Shown one piece after another: positions 13,788 through 25,288 of a DNA stretch of 64,000 bases (positions are counted from its first letter, which is position 1; each line of letters starts with the position of its first letter). The stretch is from Thermoanaerobaculia bacterium. GTDB lineage: Bacteria; Acidobacteriota; Thermoanaerobaculia; UBA5066. A program made the position numbers and the translations under genes. A model generated the notes under the pieces. The model saw only the letters and a list, made by a program, of their open reading frames with translations, ran no database searches and had not been told where the DNA came from. Location of the stretch: positions 128,001 through 192,000 of the forward strand of contig CAWFJJ010000025.1 in assembly GCA_963816185.1 (NCBI GenBank), written 5' to 3'.

Positions 13788-16034
13788 TCAGGACGCCGCG
13801 TCCACGTCGCGCTCGCCTCCCTCGAACGCCTCGGCGCCGCGCCTCTCGAACGCCTCCATCGCCTTCAGCACGCGGCGGCGCGCGTCCTCCACGAAAACGG
13901 CTTGCGAGTCCACGGGCGTCTCGCCCGCGGCGGGCCTGAGGCGCTCGTAGGTTCCGTCTCCGTTCAGGCGGCGCGCGCGCACGTTGTCCTTCAGCATCGT
14001 GTCGAGCACGTCGACGACCTGCTGCGCAAGCGCGGGCTCCTCCACGGGAAAAGCCGTCTCGACTCGGCGGAAGAAGTTGCGCGGCATCCAGTCGGCCGAG
14101 GAGAGCCAGACCTTGCGGTCGCCGCCGTTCTCGAAGACGAAAGCCCGGCTGTGCTCGAGAAACCGGCCTACGATGGAGCGCACGCGAATCGTCTCCGAGA
14201 CGCCCGGAATGCCGGGCTTCAGGCAGCAGATGCCGCGGACGAGGAGATCGACGCTCACGCCGGCTTGCGAGGCCTCGTACAGCGCCGCGATGACGGGCGG
14301 ATCGACGAGCGCGTTCATCTTCGCCCGGATGCCCGACGGGCGGCCGGCGCGCGCGTGGGCCGTCTCCCGCGCGATCCACTCGAGGGCGGTGCGGTGCATA
14401 TCCTTGGGCGCCGCCACGAGACGCGCATAGCTCGTCTTCCCGGCGAAGCCCGTCAGCGCGTTGAAGAGGCGCGTCGCATCCTCGCCGAAATCCGGGCGGC
14501 AGGTCATGAGGCCGAAATCCGTGTAGATGCGCGCCGTCGTCTCGTTGTAGTTGCCGGTGCCGAGGTGCACGTAGCGCCGGATCTCATCCTTCTCGCGGCG
14601 GACGACGAGCGCGACCTTGCAGTGCGTCTTCAGGCCGACGACGCCGTAGACGACGTGGACACCCGCCTCCTCGAGCGACTTGGCCCACTCGATGTTCTTC
14701 TCCTCGTCGAAGCGCGCCTTCAGCTCCACGAGGACCGCGACCTGCTTGCCGTTCTCGGCCGCGCGGATGAGCGCGGGGAGTATCGCCGAATCCGCGTTCG
14801 TGCGGTACAGGGTCATCTTGATCGCGAGCGTCTTCGAGTCAGTGGACGCGCGCTCGATCATCTCGACGACGGGCGAAAACGAGTCGTACGGGTGGTGGAG
14901 GAGGATGTCGCCCGCGCGGATCGCCCCGAAGACCGAGGTGTCGGGCTGGTTGAAGACGGCGGGCACGGAAGGCGAGAAGGGCGGGTCCTTCAGCTCGCGC
15001 CGGTCGAGACGCGTGAGCGACATGAGGTCGCCGGCGCCGAGCGGCCCGTCCAGCTCGTAGACCTCGTTCTCGGTGATTTCGAGCTGCTTCTGGAGGAGCT
15101 TTCGCACGCGCTTGGGCGTCTTCGGGGCGACCTCGAGGCGCACGACCGCGCCGAAGCGGCGACGCCTCACCTCCTGCTCGATCGTGGCGAGAAGGTCGGA
15201 GGCTTCGTCCTCCTGGATCTCGATGTCGGCGTCGCGCGTCACGCGAAACAGGTGCGAGGAGACGATCTCGAGACCGGAAAACAGCTCCGCGAGGTTCGCC
15301 TGGATGAGCGACTCGAGAAGCAGGTACTCGGCTTTCTCGGGCTTGACCTTCTTTTTGCCCTCGATGAGCTCGCGGAGCGGGAGGAGGCGCGGCATGGCCT
15401 GGGGCACCTTGACGCGCGCGAACTTCGTCTCGCCCGTCTCGGCGTTCTTCACCTCGACCGCGAGGTTCAAAGAGAGATTCGAGAGGAACGGGAACGGATG
15501 CCCGGGATCCACGGCGAGCGGCGTGAGGACCGGGAGGACGTTGCGACGGAAATGCGCGCTCGCCACCTCCCTCTGCGCATCGGTAAGGTCCGCCCAGGTC
15601 AGGATCGAGATGCCGGCGGCCGCGAGCTTCGGCAGGAGATCGTTTACGAGGCAGGAAATCTGCCTCGCTTCCATTCCCTGGACCGCGACGCGCACGCGCG
15701 CGAGGGCGTCGGCCGGCAGCAGGCCGTCGTCCGACGGCTCGACGATCTCCGAGGAGAGCTTGTCGAGGAGACCCGAGACGCGAATCATGAAGAACTCGTC
15801 GAGGTTCGTCTCACTGATCGCGAGGAACTTCAGGCGTTCCAGGAGCGGCCAGCGCTCGTCGTGAGCCTCCTCGATCACGCGCTCGTTGAAGGCGAGCCAG
15901 GAAAGCTCCCGGTTCAGCAGCGGGGGCGCGGGCGAAGGCTCGGCTGCCGGCGCGGGCTCCGGCGGGACCAGCTCGTCCTGCACGAGCTGGAGCGGGCGCC
16001 TTTTCCTGGGTCTCAGTTCGTCGCGGCGAAACAT
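13788..16034 (-). CDS. ppk1: Polyphosphate kinase 1
   Basis: NRELSWLAFNERV, NLDEFFMIRV, DPGHPFP, LLHHPYDSF, KARFDEE, GTGNYN, RFLEHSR, SSADWMPRN; start 16034 or 16100. Confidence 0.97.
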   Translation of the reverse strand: MFRRDELRPRKRRPLQLVQDELVPPEPAPAAEPSPAPPLLNRELSWLAFNERVIEEAHDERWPLLERLKFLAISETNLDEFFMIRVSGLLDKLSSEIVEPSDDGLLPADALARVRVAVQGMEARQISCLVNDLLPKLAAAGISILTWADLTDAQREVASAHFRRNVLPVLTPLAVDPGHPFPFLSNLSLNLAVEVKNAETGETKFARVKVPQAMPRLLPLRELIEGKKKVKPEKAEYLLLESLIQANLAELFSGLEIVSSHLFRVTRDADIEIQEDEASDLLATIEQEVRRRRFGAVVRLEVAPKTPKRVRKLLQKQLEITENEVYELDGPLGAGDLMSLTRLDRRELKDPPFSPSVPAVFNQPDTSVFGAIRAGDILLHHPYDSFSPVVEMIERASTDSKTLAIKMTLYRTNADSAILPALIRAAENGKQVAVLVELKARFDEEKNIEWAKSLEEAGVHVVYGVVGLKTHCKVALVVRREKDEIRRYVHLGTGNYNETTARIYTDFGLMTCRPDFGEDATRLFNALTGFAGKTSYARLVAAPKDMHRTALEWIARETAHARAGRPSGIRAKMNALVDPPVIAALYEASQAGVSVDLLVRGICCLKPGIPGVSETIRVRSIVGRFLEHSRAFVFENGGDRKVWLSSADWMPRNFFRRVETAFPVEEPALAQQVVDVLDTMLKDNVRARRLNGDGTYERLRPAAGETPVDSQAVFVEDARRRVLKAMEAFERRGAEAFEGGERDVDAAS

Positions 16035-16139
16035 GGCTGCTCCGGGGGGCCGAGAGAATACCGCGGCCGGGGTTCGCGTGCGCGCGGGCCGGCCTTTCAT
16101 GTCGCTTTATCTATTTGATATTAAACGACTTAATAAACT

Positions 16140-17414
16140 TTATGGGCGCGGTCGGTGCTCCGGGCGGAGGAGATCGAGGGCCGTTTTGACCGGCGTGAAC
16201 GTTTCCTTCGGCACCTCGACGAAGACCGTTTCCCAGAACGCCATCGCGCCGTTCCACAGGCCCGGCCGCTCGAGAGCGAACAGCGTCCGCCCCTCGTGCG
16301 TCTTCTTCGCGATGAAGACGGCGCGTTCGTCCACGAAACGTGAGAGGTCGAACGGTCGGCCGAACCCGTCGCGCAGCGAGCAGGCGAGGTCCACGGGGTT
16401 GAAATGCGTCGCCGCGCTCCAGATCGCCGCCTGAGAGGGATTCGCGAGATCCACCTGAGCCGACTCCACGATCTGGCGTGTTTCTCTTCCGGGCGCCTTG
16501 ACCCAGAACGGTCCGCCGCCGGGCTCTGCCTCGTTGCGGACGACGCCGCAAACGCGGAGCGGTCGGTCCCGGGGGCTCGTACGCTCGATGCGCACGAGAA
16601 GGCCGCTGAGGAGCCGCTTCCACAGGAGGGTCGGCGCGCGGAGGTCGTCGGGCACGACGTTGTCTATGTTCTTCACGAGAACGACATCGCCTCCCGACTC
16701 CGCGAGATTCTTCAGGAGAGCGCCGTGCCCTCCCGGCCGGAAGAGAAGGCGCCCCTCCGAGTCCCGGAACAGGCGGCTCTCTTCGTCGATCGCGACGGTG
16801 TCGGTGGAAGGCGCCTGCTCCGAGTACCGGACCTCGAATCGCGCCCCCGTTTCCCGTTCCAGGCAGGGCCGCGCCTTCTCGAGGACGGCCTCGAAGGCGC
16901 CGCGGTGCCCGGGCGGGACGGTGACGTGGATGCGGCAGACGTCCGCGGCGTCCCGCACCGTGCCGGCCGCTTCGACGAGGTGCTCCTCGAACGGCGTCCG
17001 GAAGACCCCGCCGTACCGATGGAACGGAAGAAGCCCCTTCGGGAGGGCCGCGAGCACCGGAAGATCGCCGGCGTCGAACGCGAAGGTCGACGCGTTCTCG
17101 CAAAAGCGGCGTACGTCGGGGTGATCGGGACCCCCGGACCTCAGGAACTCGAACATGCGGCTCGCGGCTCCGGACGCGGGCACGAATTTCGAGAGCCGGC
17201 TCGCACGCGCCGCCTCGTCGGCGAGCGCGAGCAGCTCGGCATGTTCGCCCTCGTCGATCCGCAGGACGCCGTCGCCGGCCGTGCAGGGGCGCAGGAGCTT
17301 CACGGCGGGCGGCGGGTCACGGAGAAGTGCCGCCTGCCGTTCCACCTCCGAAACCGTCAGGCCCTGCGCCTCGATCCGGGCGCGGTCCTCGGAGGAGAAA
17401 TCGTCCGCTTTCAT
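16140..17414 (-). CDS. DUF4301 family protein (nucleotidyltransferase-like)
   Basis: KFVPASGAASRMF, LPKGLLPFH, FRPGGHGALLKNL, KNIDNV, GGGPFW, THFNPVDL, LERPGLWNGAM. Confidence 0.88.
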   Translation of the reverse strand: MKADDFSSEDRARIEAQGLTVSEVERQAALLRDPPPAVKLLRPCTAGDGVLRIDEGEHAELLALADEAARASRLSKFVPASGAASRMFEFLRSGGPDHPDVRRFCENASTFAFDAGDLPVLAALPKGLLPFHRYGGVFRTPFEEHLVEAAGTVRDAADVCRIHVTVPPGHRGAFEAVLEKARPCLERETGARFEVRYSEQAPSTDTVAIDEESRLFRDSEGRLLFRPGGHGALLKNLAESGGDVVLVKNIDNVVPDDLRAPTLLWKRLLSGLLVRIERTSPRDRPLRVCGVVRNEAEPGGGPFWVKAPGRETRQIVESAQVDLANPSQAAIWSAATHFNPVDLACSLRDGFGRPFDLSRFVDERAVFIAKKTHEGRTLFALERPGLWNGAMAFWETVFVEVPKETFTPVKTALDLLRPEHRPRP

Positions 17415-17424
17415 TCGCGCGCGA

Positions 17425-18321
17425 TCAGCCCTGTGCGGCCTTCCACGCGGCGTAGTACGTCTCGACCTCGTCCTCGAAACCGCCGTGCGCGGGCTGCCAG
17501 CCGAGGCGCGCGACGGCCTTCCGTGACTCCACGTGCTGGTCGAGCGCGAGGGCGTCGGCGAAGCCGCCCATCTTCTTGCGGGCGTCTTCGACCGGGATCC
17601 AGCGAATCTCGCCCTCGAACCCGGCGGCACGCGCGGCGGCCGTCACGAGACGGCGAACGGGCGCGCGGGAGCGGTCGGTCACGTTGAAGATCTCACCGGA
17701 GAGCCCGCTCGCGGCGGCGCGCAGGTACGCGTCGGCGCAGTCGTCCGCGTGCACGGTCGCCCAGCGGTTGTGGCCGTCGCCCACGGCCTCGATCGCCCCG
17801 GCCGCGGCTCCGGCGAACCAGGTCGCGGTAAGGCTCCCGCCGTAACCGTACACGCAGCCGGGGCGCATGACGATCCCTTTGATGCCTGCCGCCGAGAGGA
17901 CGCGCTTCTCGGTCTCCACGCGCGGCATGCTCATCGGGAGCGGCGCGAGAGGCGTCGTCTCGTCGGCGACGCCGCCGTCGGTCGAGCCGTAAACCCAGAC
18001 TCCGCTCGTGTAGAGGAGAGCCTTCGGAGCGGCGCCCCGATTTGCGAGCGCGAGGAGGGCCTCGACGGCGGCGCGGTCGGCGGCCCAAGAATCGCCCTTG
18101 TAATCGAACGCCGCGTGGACGAGAACGGCGGCGTCCTCCGCGCCCTTCCACGAGCCCGGATCCTGCAGCGATCCGATGACGGGCCGGATCTCGTGCCGGT
18201 CGAGGCGGTCGGCGCCTTCCTTCGAGCGCGTCAGCCCCCGGACGTGGTGGCCGGCGCGCCGAAAAGCGTGTGCGATCCTGAATCCGACGTGGCCGGTGGC
18301 TCCGGTGACGAAGACTTTCAT
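17425..18321 (-). CDS. NAD-dependent epimerase/dehydratase (atypical SDR)
   Basis: [11 protein letters not shown] Rossmann motif, [16 protein letters not shown]. Confidence 0.88.
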   Translation of the reverse strand: MKVFVTGATGHVGFRIAHAFRRAGHHVRGLTRSKEGADRLDRHEIRPVIGSLQDPGSWKGAEDAAVLVHAAFDYKGDSWAADRAAVEALLALANRGAAPKALLYTSGVWVYGSTDGGVADETTPLAPLPMSMPRVETEKRVLSAAGIKGIVMRPGCVYGYGGSLTATWFAGAAAGAIEAVGDGHNRWATVHADDCADAYLRAAASGLSGEIFNVTDRSRAPVRRLVTAAARAAGFEGEIRWIPVEDARKKMGGFADALALDQHVESRKAVARLGWQPAHGGFEDEVETYYAAWKAAQG

Positions 18322-18353
18322 GGCGGCAGATTATCCTTCAGGCGGGAGGCGGT

Positions 18354-18767
18354 TTGAGCGGGAACAGGGACGAGTCAGCGGAAACGCTCGCCGCGATCGC
18401 GAGAGGCATCGGAATCCCCGCGGCGCGGCGGCACATCTTCCTGTGCTGCGACCAGACGAAGCCGAACTGCTCCGAGCGGGACCGCTCGAACGCGGCGTGG
18501 GATTTCCTGAAGGCGCGTCTGAAGGAGCTCGGCCTCTCGACGAGCGGCCGGGTGCAGCGGAACAAGGCGAACTGCCTCAGGATCTGCACCGGCGGCCCCA
18601 TCGCCGTCGTCTATCCCGAGGGGGTTTGGTACCGCGCGTGCGACCCGCCCGTTCTCGAGCGGATCATCCAGGAGCACCTCATCGGCGGGCGGCCCGTCGA
18701 GGAGTATGCGTTCGTGACGCGCGCGCTGACGGGGGGAGAGGAGCCGGAGGGAACGGAAGAGGCGTGA
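18354..18767 (+). CDS. Thioredoxin-like [2Fe-2S] ferredoxin
   Basis: RHIFLCC...C...[18 protein letters not shown]...RIIQEHL.GG pattern. Confidence 0.88.
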   Translation: MSGNRDESAETLAAIARGIGIPAARRHIFLCCDQTKPNCSERDRSNAAWDFLKARLKELGLSTSGRVQRNKANCLRICTGGPIAVVYPEGVWYRACDPPVLERIIQEHLIGGRPVEEYAFVTRALTGGEEPEGTEEA

Positions 18768-18821
18768 CGCTACTTCGCAGGCACGAACTTCAGCGTGCCG
18801 TTTTTCGCGCTGTCGCGTGAG

Positions 18822-19358
18822 TCATTTCGCCGGGACAAACTTCATGGCAGTCCCGTTCATGCAGTAGCGCAGGCCCGTCGGCTTCGGGCCGTCGTCGAAG
18901 ACGTGGCCGAGGTGGGCGTCGCAGCGCCGGCACATCACCTCCGTGCGCACGGAGAAGAAGCTCCGGTCCTCCGCCGTCTTCACGGAATTCGGCGTGAGCG
19001 GCTGCCAGAAGCTCGGCCAGCCTGTGCCCGAGTCGAACTTCGTGTCCGAGCTGAAGAGGGGCAGGTCGCAGCACACGCACAGATACGTGCCCTTCGCGTG
19101 GTTGTCCCAGTTCGGGCCCGTGAACGCGCGCTCGGTGCCCTTCTTGCGCGTCACGTAATACTGCTCGGGCGTGAGGAGCTTTTTCCACTCGGCATCCGTC
19201 TTCACGATGCGGTCGGGGAGGCGATCGGGGGCGGCGTCGGGCATCGCGGATCCTTTCTGGGCGGGGCTCTTCTCGGGACCGGCCGAGCCGATCGCGGCGA
19301 GAACGCCCGCGCCCGCGAGGACGGGGAGGGTCAGGGCGAGGAAATCACGTCGTCTCAT
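18822..19358 (-). CDS. msrB: Peptide methionine sulfoxide reductase B with Tat signal
   Basis: MRRRDF twin-arginine signal; [40 protein letters not shown]. Confidence 0.95.
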   Translation of the reverse strand: MRRRDFLALTLPVLAGAGVLAAIGSAGPEKSPAQKGSAMPDAAPDRLPDRIVKTDAEWKKLLTPEQYYVTRKKGTERAFTGPNWDNHAKGTYLCVCCDLPLFSSDTKFDSGTGWPSFWQPLTPNSVKTAEDRSFFSVRTEVMCRRCDAHLGHVFDDGPKPTGLRYCMNGTAMKFVPAK

Positions 19359-19396
19359 GGTCACCTGACACCTACGAAATGCTCTTTGGGCCTGGA

Positions 19397-20824
19397 TTAT
19401 TCCCTTCCGACCTCGCGCGCCGCCGCGCGGAGATCGTCGAGGGCCATGTGGATGCGGTCCCTGTGCGTCCGGAAATTGAGGATGCACATGCGGAGCGCGA
19501 AGACGTCGCCGAGAAGAGTGCCCGTCAGGAGCACCCTTTGCCGGGCGTTGACGCGCGCCATCAGCTCCCGGTTCACCCGGTTCGCCTCGTCCACGGACGC
19601 GCCCGGGGGCGAGAGGCGGAACGCGAAGAGCGAGAGCTCGGGTTCCGCGACGATCGTCACGTCCGGGATCGAGCGGACCGCGTCGGCCGCCTCTTGCGCG
19701 AGGTCGAGCTTCTCGTCGAGAGCCTTCCGGAATGCCGCGAGGCCGCAGAGCTCGACGGCGAGCCAGACCTCGAGCCCGCGGAAATTGCGCGAGAGCTCCG
19801 GGGAGATCTCGCAGAAGTCCACCGAGTCCGGGTCGACCTGCATTCCGGGCATGTAGTGAGCCGAAACGCTGTGCGAGCGGCGGAGCGCCGCGGGGTCCTT
19901 CACGAGGAGGCTGCCCGTGCCGTAAGGCATGAAGAGGCCCTTGTGCGGGTCGAGGACGATCGAGTCGGAGCGGGCGAGGCCTTTCATGACGGCACGGCCA
20001 CGCTCGGTCAGCGCGAAGAACCCGCCGTACGCCGCGTCCGTGTGCAGCCAGAGATCTTCCCGCCCGGCGAAATCGGCGAGCGCGTCGAGGTCGTCGACGG
20101 CGCCCGTGTTCGTCGTGCCCGCGCTCGCGGCGACGAGGAAAGGCGTGAAGCCCCGGGCGCGGTCCTCGGCGACCTGCCTGGCGACGGCGTCGAGCCGGAA
20201 TCGGAAAGCGCGATCCGAGGGGATCTCGCGCACGTTCGCGGCGGGGAAGCCCGCGAGGAGCGCGGCCTTGCGGATGCAGTGATGGCCCTGGTCGGAGACG
20301 TAGAGCGTGCCTTTGAGGAAATCCTCGGGCAGCTTCTCGTGCCGGGCGGCGACGATCGCCGAGAAGTTCGCGAGAGACCCGCCGGACGTCAGGAACCCGC
20401 CGGCGCTCTCGGGATAGCCGACGGCTCGCGCGAACCAGCGGACCACGTTCGTCTCGAGCTGGACGAGCGCGGGCGCCGGCGCAAAGACGCCCACGTAGCG
20501 GTTCACGCCGGCCGAGATCAGGTCCGCCACGGCCGCGTACGGCTGTCCGCCTCCGGGGATGTACGCGAGGAAGCCCGGCCCCGCGTTGTTGAAGCTCGCG
20601 GGGATCGCCTTCTCGAAGAGCAAGTCGAGAAGAGGTCCCGGCGGCTTTCCCTCCTCCGGCGCCTCCCGTTCGATCAGCGTGCGCGCGAGAGCGGAGGCTC
20701 CGGCGGATCCGTCGGCGGGCTGGCCGGGGAGCGAGCCGATGTGCGCGACGACGCGCCGGACGGCCTCGTCGAGGAGCCGGCGGAGCTCCGCTTCCGAGGG
20801 CTCGAGGGGCAGTTCCGCGCTCAC
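19397..20824 (-). CDS. Group II PLP-dependent decarboxylase (aromatic amino acid decarboxylase-like)
   Basis: [35 protein letters not shown] (PLP lysine). Confidence 0.9.
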   Translation of the reverse strand: MSAELPLEPSEAELRRLLDEAVRRVVAHIGSLPGQPADGSAGASALARTLIEREAPEEGKPPGPLLDLLFEKAIPASFNNAGPGFLAYIPGGGQPYAAVADLISAGVNRYVGVFAPAPALVQLETNVVRWFARAVGYPESAGGFLTSGGSLANFSAIVAARHEKLPEDFLKGTLYVSDQGHHCIRKAALLAGFPAANVREIPSDRAFRFRLDAVARQVAEDRARGFTPFLVAASAGTTNTGAVDDLDALADFAGREDLWLHTDAAYGGFFALTERGRAVMKGLARSDSIVLDPHKGLFMPYGTGSLLVKDPAALRRSHSVSAHYMPGMQVDPDSVDFCEISPELSRNFRGLEVWLAVELCGLAAFRKALDEKLDLAQEAADAVRSIPDVTIVAEPELSLFAFRLSPPGASVDEANRVNRELMARVNARQRVLLTGTLLGDVFALRMCILNFRTHRDRIHMALDDLRAAAREVGRE

Positions 20825-22146
20825 GATCCGAGGCTCTCGCGCAGGGCGTCGGCCAGGTCCCTCGCGACCGAGTCGACGAGGGCGGCGTCCGCTCCTTCCA
20901 CCATGACGCGGGCGAGGGCCTCGGTGCCGGAATACCGGAGGAGGAGCCGGCCGTTGCCGGCGAGGCGCTCCTCGGCGATGCGGCGCCTCGCCGCAAATCC
21001 GGGGATCGCTTCGAACGGCGTCTTCTCGCGGACCCTGACGTTCCGGAGGACCTGCGGCGTGTGGATGAAGCGCGGCTGCGCTGAGAGCGGGCGGCCCGAC
21101 GCCGCCACGAGGGTCGCGATGTGAAGACCCGTGAGCGTGCCGTCGCCCGTCGTCGTGAGGTCCGCGCGGATGAGATGGCCGGACGGCTCGCCTCCGAGAG
21201 GCACGCCCGACTTCTCCATCTCCTCCACGACGTACCGGTCGCCGACGGCCGCGCGGATGAGGCGGACGCCCCGCTCCCTGAGGACCTGCTCCAATCCCCA
21301 GTTGGACATGACGGTTCCGACGACGGCCTCGGGTTTCCGGCCTTCGCGCTCCAGCTCGAGCGTCCAGAGATAGAGAACGTCGTCGCCGTCGAGGAGCGTT
21401 CCCGCGTCGTCGGCGATGATGATCCGGTCCGCGTCGCCGTCGAGCGCGATGCCGAGGTCGGCGTGCTCGGAGAGGACGGCGTCACGCATCCCCTCGGGGT
21501 GCAGAGCGCCGCAGCCCTCGTTGATGTTCCGGCCGTCCGGTGCGACGTTTCGCGCGACGACCTCGGCGCCTGCGGACCCGAACGCGGCGGGCGCGACCTC
21601 GAAGGCCGCGCCGTGCGCCGCGTCGATCACGACTTTCAGGCCGTCCAGCCGGTGGGGAAGGCTCCGCACGAGATGCGCGACGTATTCCGCTCCGAGCAGG
21701 AGGTCGCGGTGGACTTCGGTTGGCGGCGAGGTGACCGACGCCGCGATGCGGCGCTCGATGTCGATCTCCACGGCATCGGGCAGCTTGCGGCCTTCAGCCG
21801 AGAAAATCTTGATTCCGTTGTCGTTCCAGGGATTGTGCGAGGCCGAGACGACGACACCCGCGTCTGCGTCCGTGAGAGACACGAGATAGGCCACGGCGGG
21901 CGTGGGAACGACGCCCGCGAAGCGCGTCCGGCCCCCGGCTGCCGCGATGCCGCCCGCGAGGGCCCGCACGATCTCGGGCGAGGACGCACGCGTGTCGCAG
22001 CCGACCACGACCGAGATGGGCGGCCCCATTTCGGCATCTACGAGCGCCGCGACGAGCGCGGCGCCGACCCGGGACACGGTTTTGTCGTCGAGGGGTGGCG
22101 ACCCCGCCTCGCCGCGGATCCCGTCCGTGCCAAAAAGTGTGCGCAT
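20821..22146 (-). CDS. glmM: Phosphoglucosamine mutase
   Basis: [34 protein letters not shown]. Confidence 0.96.
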   Translation of the reverse strand: MRTLFGTDGIRGEAGSPPLDDKTVSRVGAALVAALVDAEMGPPISVVVGCDTRASSPEIVRALAGGIAAAGGRTRFAGVVPTPAVAYLVSLTDADAGVVVSASHNPWNDNGIKIFSAEGRKLPDAVEIDIERRIAASVTSPPTEVHRDLLLGAEYVAHLVRSLPHRLDGLKVVIDAAHGAAFEVAPAAFGSAGAEVVARNVAPDGRNINEGCGALHPEGMRDAVLSEHADLGIALDGDADRIIIADDAGTLLDGDDVLYLWTLELEREGRKPEAVVGTVMSNWGLEQVLRERGVRLIRAAVGDRYVVEEMEKSGVPLGGEPSGHLIRADLTTTGDGTLTGLHIATLVAASGRPLSAQPRFIHTPQVLRNVRVREKTPFEAIPGFAARRRIAEERLAGNGRLLLRYSGTEALARVMVEGADAALVDSVARDLADALRESLGS

Positions 22147-22159
22147 TTCCCGCGCGATC

Positions 22160-23044
22160 TTACGTGAGTGCGGCCCGACCCGCTCGGCCGAGCACCGCGA
22201 GAAACCGAACGGTCTCGTCGACATCGTGGACGCGGACGAGGACGGGGCGGGCCCTGGAGGCGGCAGCCGCGACGGCGACCGCCGCGAGAGACTCCGGCAG
22301 GCGGTCGTTCGCGGGTCTGTCCGCGATCGCCCCGAGGAACGCTTTGCGCGAGGCCCCGACCACGAGCGGGACGCCGGGCGGCGCGAGGCGATCCAGAGCG
22401 CCGAGGAGGGCGAAGTTCTGCTCGGGCGTCTTGCCGAATCCGAAACCGGGGTCGAGAAGAATTCTTTGCTCGGAAATACCGGAGGAGATCGCACGGGCAC
22501 GGGCCTTCCCGAGATCCTGCGCCACCTCGAGGGTGACGTTCTGGAAAGAAGATTCTTCGAAGGTGGTCTGGGGGGTTCCGCGGCAGTGATTCAGGATGAC
22601 GGCGGCGCGCGCCAAGGCGATCACAGAGAGCATTTCCTCGGACGCGTCGAGCCCCGTGACGATGTTGACGACGTCCGCCCCCGCATCGAGTGCCGCACGC
22701 GCTACGGAGGCGCGCCGTGTGTCGACGGAGAGGAGAAGAGACGGGAGATTTCTTCGTAGGGAAGAGAGGACGGGGAGGACGCGGCCCTCTTCCTCATTCG
22801 CAGAAATCTCTCTCGCGCCCTCTCCGTATGCGCTGCCCCTGGGGCGCGTGCTCTCTCCTCCGATGTCCAGGATCGCGGCGCCCAGCTCCGCGTACCGCGC
22901 GCCTTCTTCCACGGCCGCTTCCGCGCTCGGGAACCGCCCGCCGTCGCTGAACGAGTCGGGGGTGACGTTCAGGATCGCCATGACGCCCGGGAGAGGGCCG
23001 AAGGTCAGAGTCCTCCCCTGAGCCAGGGGAATCGCAACGCTCAC
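22160..23044 (-). CDS. folP: Dihydropteroate synthase
   Basis: ILNVTPDSFSDGG, DIGGESTRP, SVDT, LLDPGFGFGK, GASRK, RVHDV. Confidence 0.96.
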   Translation of the reverse strand: MSVAIPLAQGRTLTFGPLPGVMAILNVTPDSFSDGGRFPSAEAAVEEGARYAELGAAILDIGGESTRPRGSAYGEGAREISANEEEGRVLPVLSSLRRNLPSLLLSVDTRRASVARAALDAGADVVNIVTGLDASEEMLSVIALARAAVILNHCRGTPQTTFEESSFQNVTLEVAQDLGKARARAISSGISEQRILLDPGFGFGKTPEQNFALLGALDRLAPPGVPLVVGASRKAFLGAIADRPANDRLPESLAAVAVAAAASRARPVLVRVHDVDETVRFLAVLGRAGRAALT

Positions 23045-23082
23045 CGCGCGATTATGTCCGGCCCGTGGAATACACTCGCCGC

Positions 23083-24000
23083 ATGCGGATCGCGGTGCTC
23101 GGGGCAGGCGGGGTCGGGGGCTATTACGGCGGGATTCTCGCGCGCGCCGGCCACGCAGTCGCGCTGCTGGCCCGGAGCGCCCATCTGGACGCGCTGAAAG
23201 CCCGCGGTCTCGAAATCAGGACTCCGGAAGGGCGATTCACCGTCGCGGTCGAGGCCTCCGACGACCCGAGGACGTTCGGAGAGTGCGACGTCGCGATCGT
23301 GGCTGTGAAGACCTACTCGCTCCCTGAAGTCGCGCCGGCGGCGCGCCTTCTCGCTTCTACCGGCGCCGCGATCCTGCCGCTCCTGAACGGCGTTGAAGCG
23401 ATGGACCGGCTCGTCGAGAGCGGCGTGCCTGAGAGTCAGGTCCTTGGTGGCCTGACGCAGGTCAGCGTCCTCAGAGTCGCCCCGGGGATCGTCGAGCGGA
23501 AGAGTCCCTTCCAGAAGGTAACGGTCGGCGAGCGATCGGGCGAACCGTCCGAGCGAGTTCGCCGGATCGTGGAGGCGCTTCAACAGGCCGGCGCCGAGGC
23601 GCGCGTCTCCGAGGACATTCAGGCCGACCTGTGGCGGAAATTCGCGTTCATCACTTCCACGGCGGCGGCCTGCGGGCTGGCGCGCGCGCCCATCGGAGCG
23701 GTGCGCGACGCTCCTTACGGCAGGCTCCTCCTCGAGCGGGCCGTGAACGAGGTGCTGGCCGTGGCCCGCGCCCGCGGACTGCGGCTCGCCGACGACGAGG
23801 CTTCCAAGATCCTCTCCTTCATCGACTCCGTAGGTCCGGCCATCAAGCCCAGCTTCCTCGTCGATCTGGAAAGAGGCGGCCCCACGGAGCTCGACGACCT
23901 CAGCGGAGCCGTCTCACGGCTCGGGCGCGAGGCCGGCGTCGAGACGCCCGTGCACGACACGGCCACGGCGGCTCTTTCGGCTGCCGCAAAAGGCCGCTGA
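23083..24000 (+). CDS. panE: 2-dehydropantoate 2-reductase
   Basis: GAGGVGG, AVK, LNG, LWRKF, SFLVDLERG..TE motifs. Confidence 0.9.
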   Translation: MRIAVLGAGGVGGYYGGILARAGHAVALLARSAHLDALKARGLEIRTPEGRFTVAVEASDDPRTFGECDVAIVAVKTYSLPEVAPAARLLASTGAAILPLLNGVEAMDRLVESGVPESQVLGGLTQVSVLRVAPGIVERKSPFQKVTVGERSGEPSERVRRIVEALQQAGAEARVSEDIQADLWRKFAFITSTAAACGLARAPIGAVRDAPYGRLLLERAVNEVLAVARARGLRLADDEASKILSFIDSVGPAIKPSFLVDLERGGPTELDDLSGAVSRLGREAGVETPVHDTATAALSAAAKGR

Positions 24001-24014
24001 GCACGCCTCTCGCG

Positions 24015-24931
24015 TCACACCGCCTGGATCGGGTTTCTCAGGACGCCGATGCCTTCGATCTCCGACTCGAGCACGTCCCCGGGCTTGAGATATTCCGGCG
24101 GCTTTCGGGCGTGTCCGATGCCCGGCGGCGTGCCCGTCGCGAGGATGTCCCCGGGCTCGAGCGTCAGGCCGAGAGAGAGCTCCGCGAGGAGGCGCGGCAC
24201 CTTGAAATACATCCGGCTCGTGTTGCCGTCCTGCTTCAGGACGCCGTTGACGCGCGAGACGAGGCGCTTGGAAGACCAGTCGAAGCCGTCGCGCGTCACG
24301 ATCCAGGGCCCCATCGGCGCATGCCCGTCCAGGCTCTTGCCCTTCCACCACTGGCCGCCGTGCTTCTTCTGCTGGATGTCGCGGGCGGTCGTGTCGTTGA
24401 GGACGCAGAACCCGAAGACATGGTCCATCGCTTCTTCCTCGGAGAGGTTCTTCCCGCGCCGGCCGACGATGACCGCGAGCTCGACCTCCCAGTCGATCGC
24501 CGTCGACACGCGCGGATCGTAGGGAATCGGGTCGTACGGGCCGTTGACGGCGTTCGTCCCTTTCGTGAAGAAGACGGGATGCTCGGGAAGCGTCTGGCCC
24601 GAGTCCCTCAGCGACTTGCCTTCCTCGAAGTGCTCGGCGTAGTTCCATCCGACGCAGTGGACGTTCCGGCGTGGGACGGGAATCGGCGCCGCGAGATGTA
24701 CGTCGCTCGACGCGCGGCCCGCCGGTCCGCGGAGCCGTCGACGAGTGACTGAACCTCTGCGAGAGATTCCTCCCCGGCCGCGATCAGCGAAAGCATGTCG
24801 ACCGGATCGAACGACAAGGGGACGTTCTTCCGGCTCGCTTCCGCTCCGAGATCGATGACGTGGCCTCCGGGGGAGAGCGCGCCGACGCGGATTCCATTTC
24901 CGGGAGATGGAATGAAGCTGAAGAGTCTCAT
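24015..24931 (-). CDS. Fumarylacetoacetate hydrolase family protein (frameshift near 24720, likely artefact)
   Basis: N-terminus MRLFSF... in one frame; CVGWNYAEH, PVFFTK, DWEVEL, NDTTARD, GKSLD, TGTP in another. Confidence 0.85.
24870..24931. repeat. Copy 1 of a 62-bp direct repeat (5' end of the FAH gene)
   Basis: 59/62 identical to 25592-25653. Confidence 0.9.
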
Positions 24932-25278
24932 GGCATCAGCATCCCACGAACCCACCTCACGAGCGTGAAGAGGGCGCCCGCGACATACAACGCCCCGAAA
25001 ATCGTCTTGTTGTGGCGGGCCAGCAACTCGGGGAGGTAGATGTCGAAGTTGGCGCGGCGCTCGTGGGTGTAGCGCGCCGCGACGTCGGTGAGGGGGCACC
25101 GCCACGCGTTGACGAGGAGCACGAGGACCTCGAGAGCGACTAGCGCGATCAGGAAAGCGGCCCGCCCGTACTCGGAGCGGGCAGCCTCGACCGGGATCCC
25201 GAGAATGCAGGCGACGAAGAAAGCCCAGACGACGGTGTGGATCGTCTTGATCGTTCTGAGCGGCGCCGGAGCCGACAT
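24928..25278 (-). CDS. Small 3-TM membrane protein (DUF2784-like)
   Basis: HT...WRCPLT..A...NFDIYLP pattern, three hydrophobic helices. Confidence 0.75.
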   Translation of the reverse strand: MSAPAPLRTIKTIHTVVWAFFVACILGIPVEAARSEYGRAAFLIALVALEVLVLLVNAWRCPLTDVAARYTHERRANFDIYLPELLARHNKTIFGALYVAGALFTLVRWVRGMLMP

Positions 25279-25288
25279 GTGAGCCGAT

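Noticed and set aside
13527-16118. Very long antisense or alternative-frame ORFs (also 25424..28141, 31956..34394, 55209..57656 and others)
   Set aside because: Shadow ORFs of real genes in high-GC DNA; Arg/Ala/Gly-rich with no motifs.
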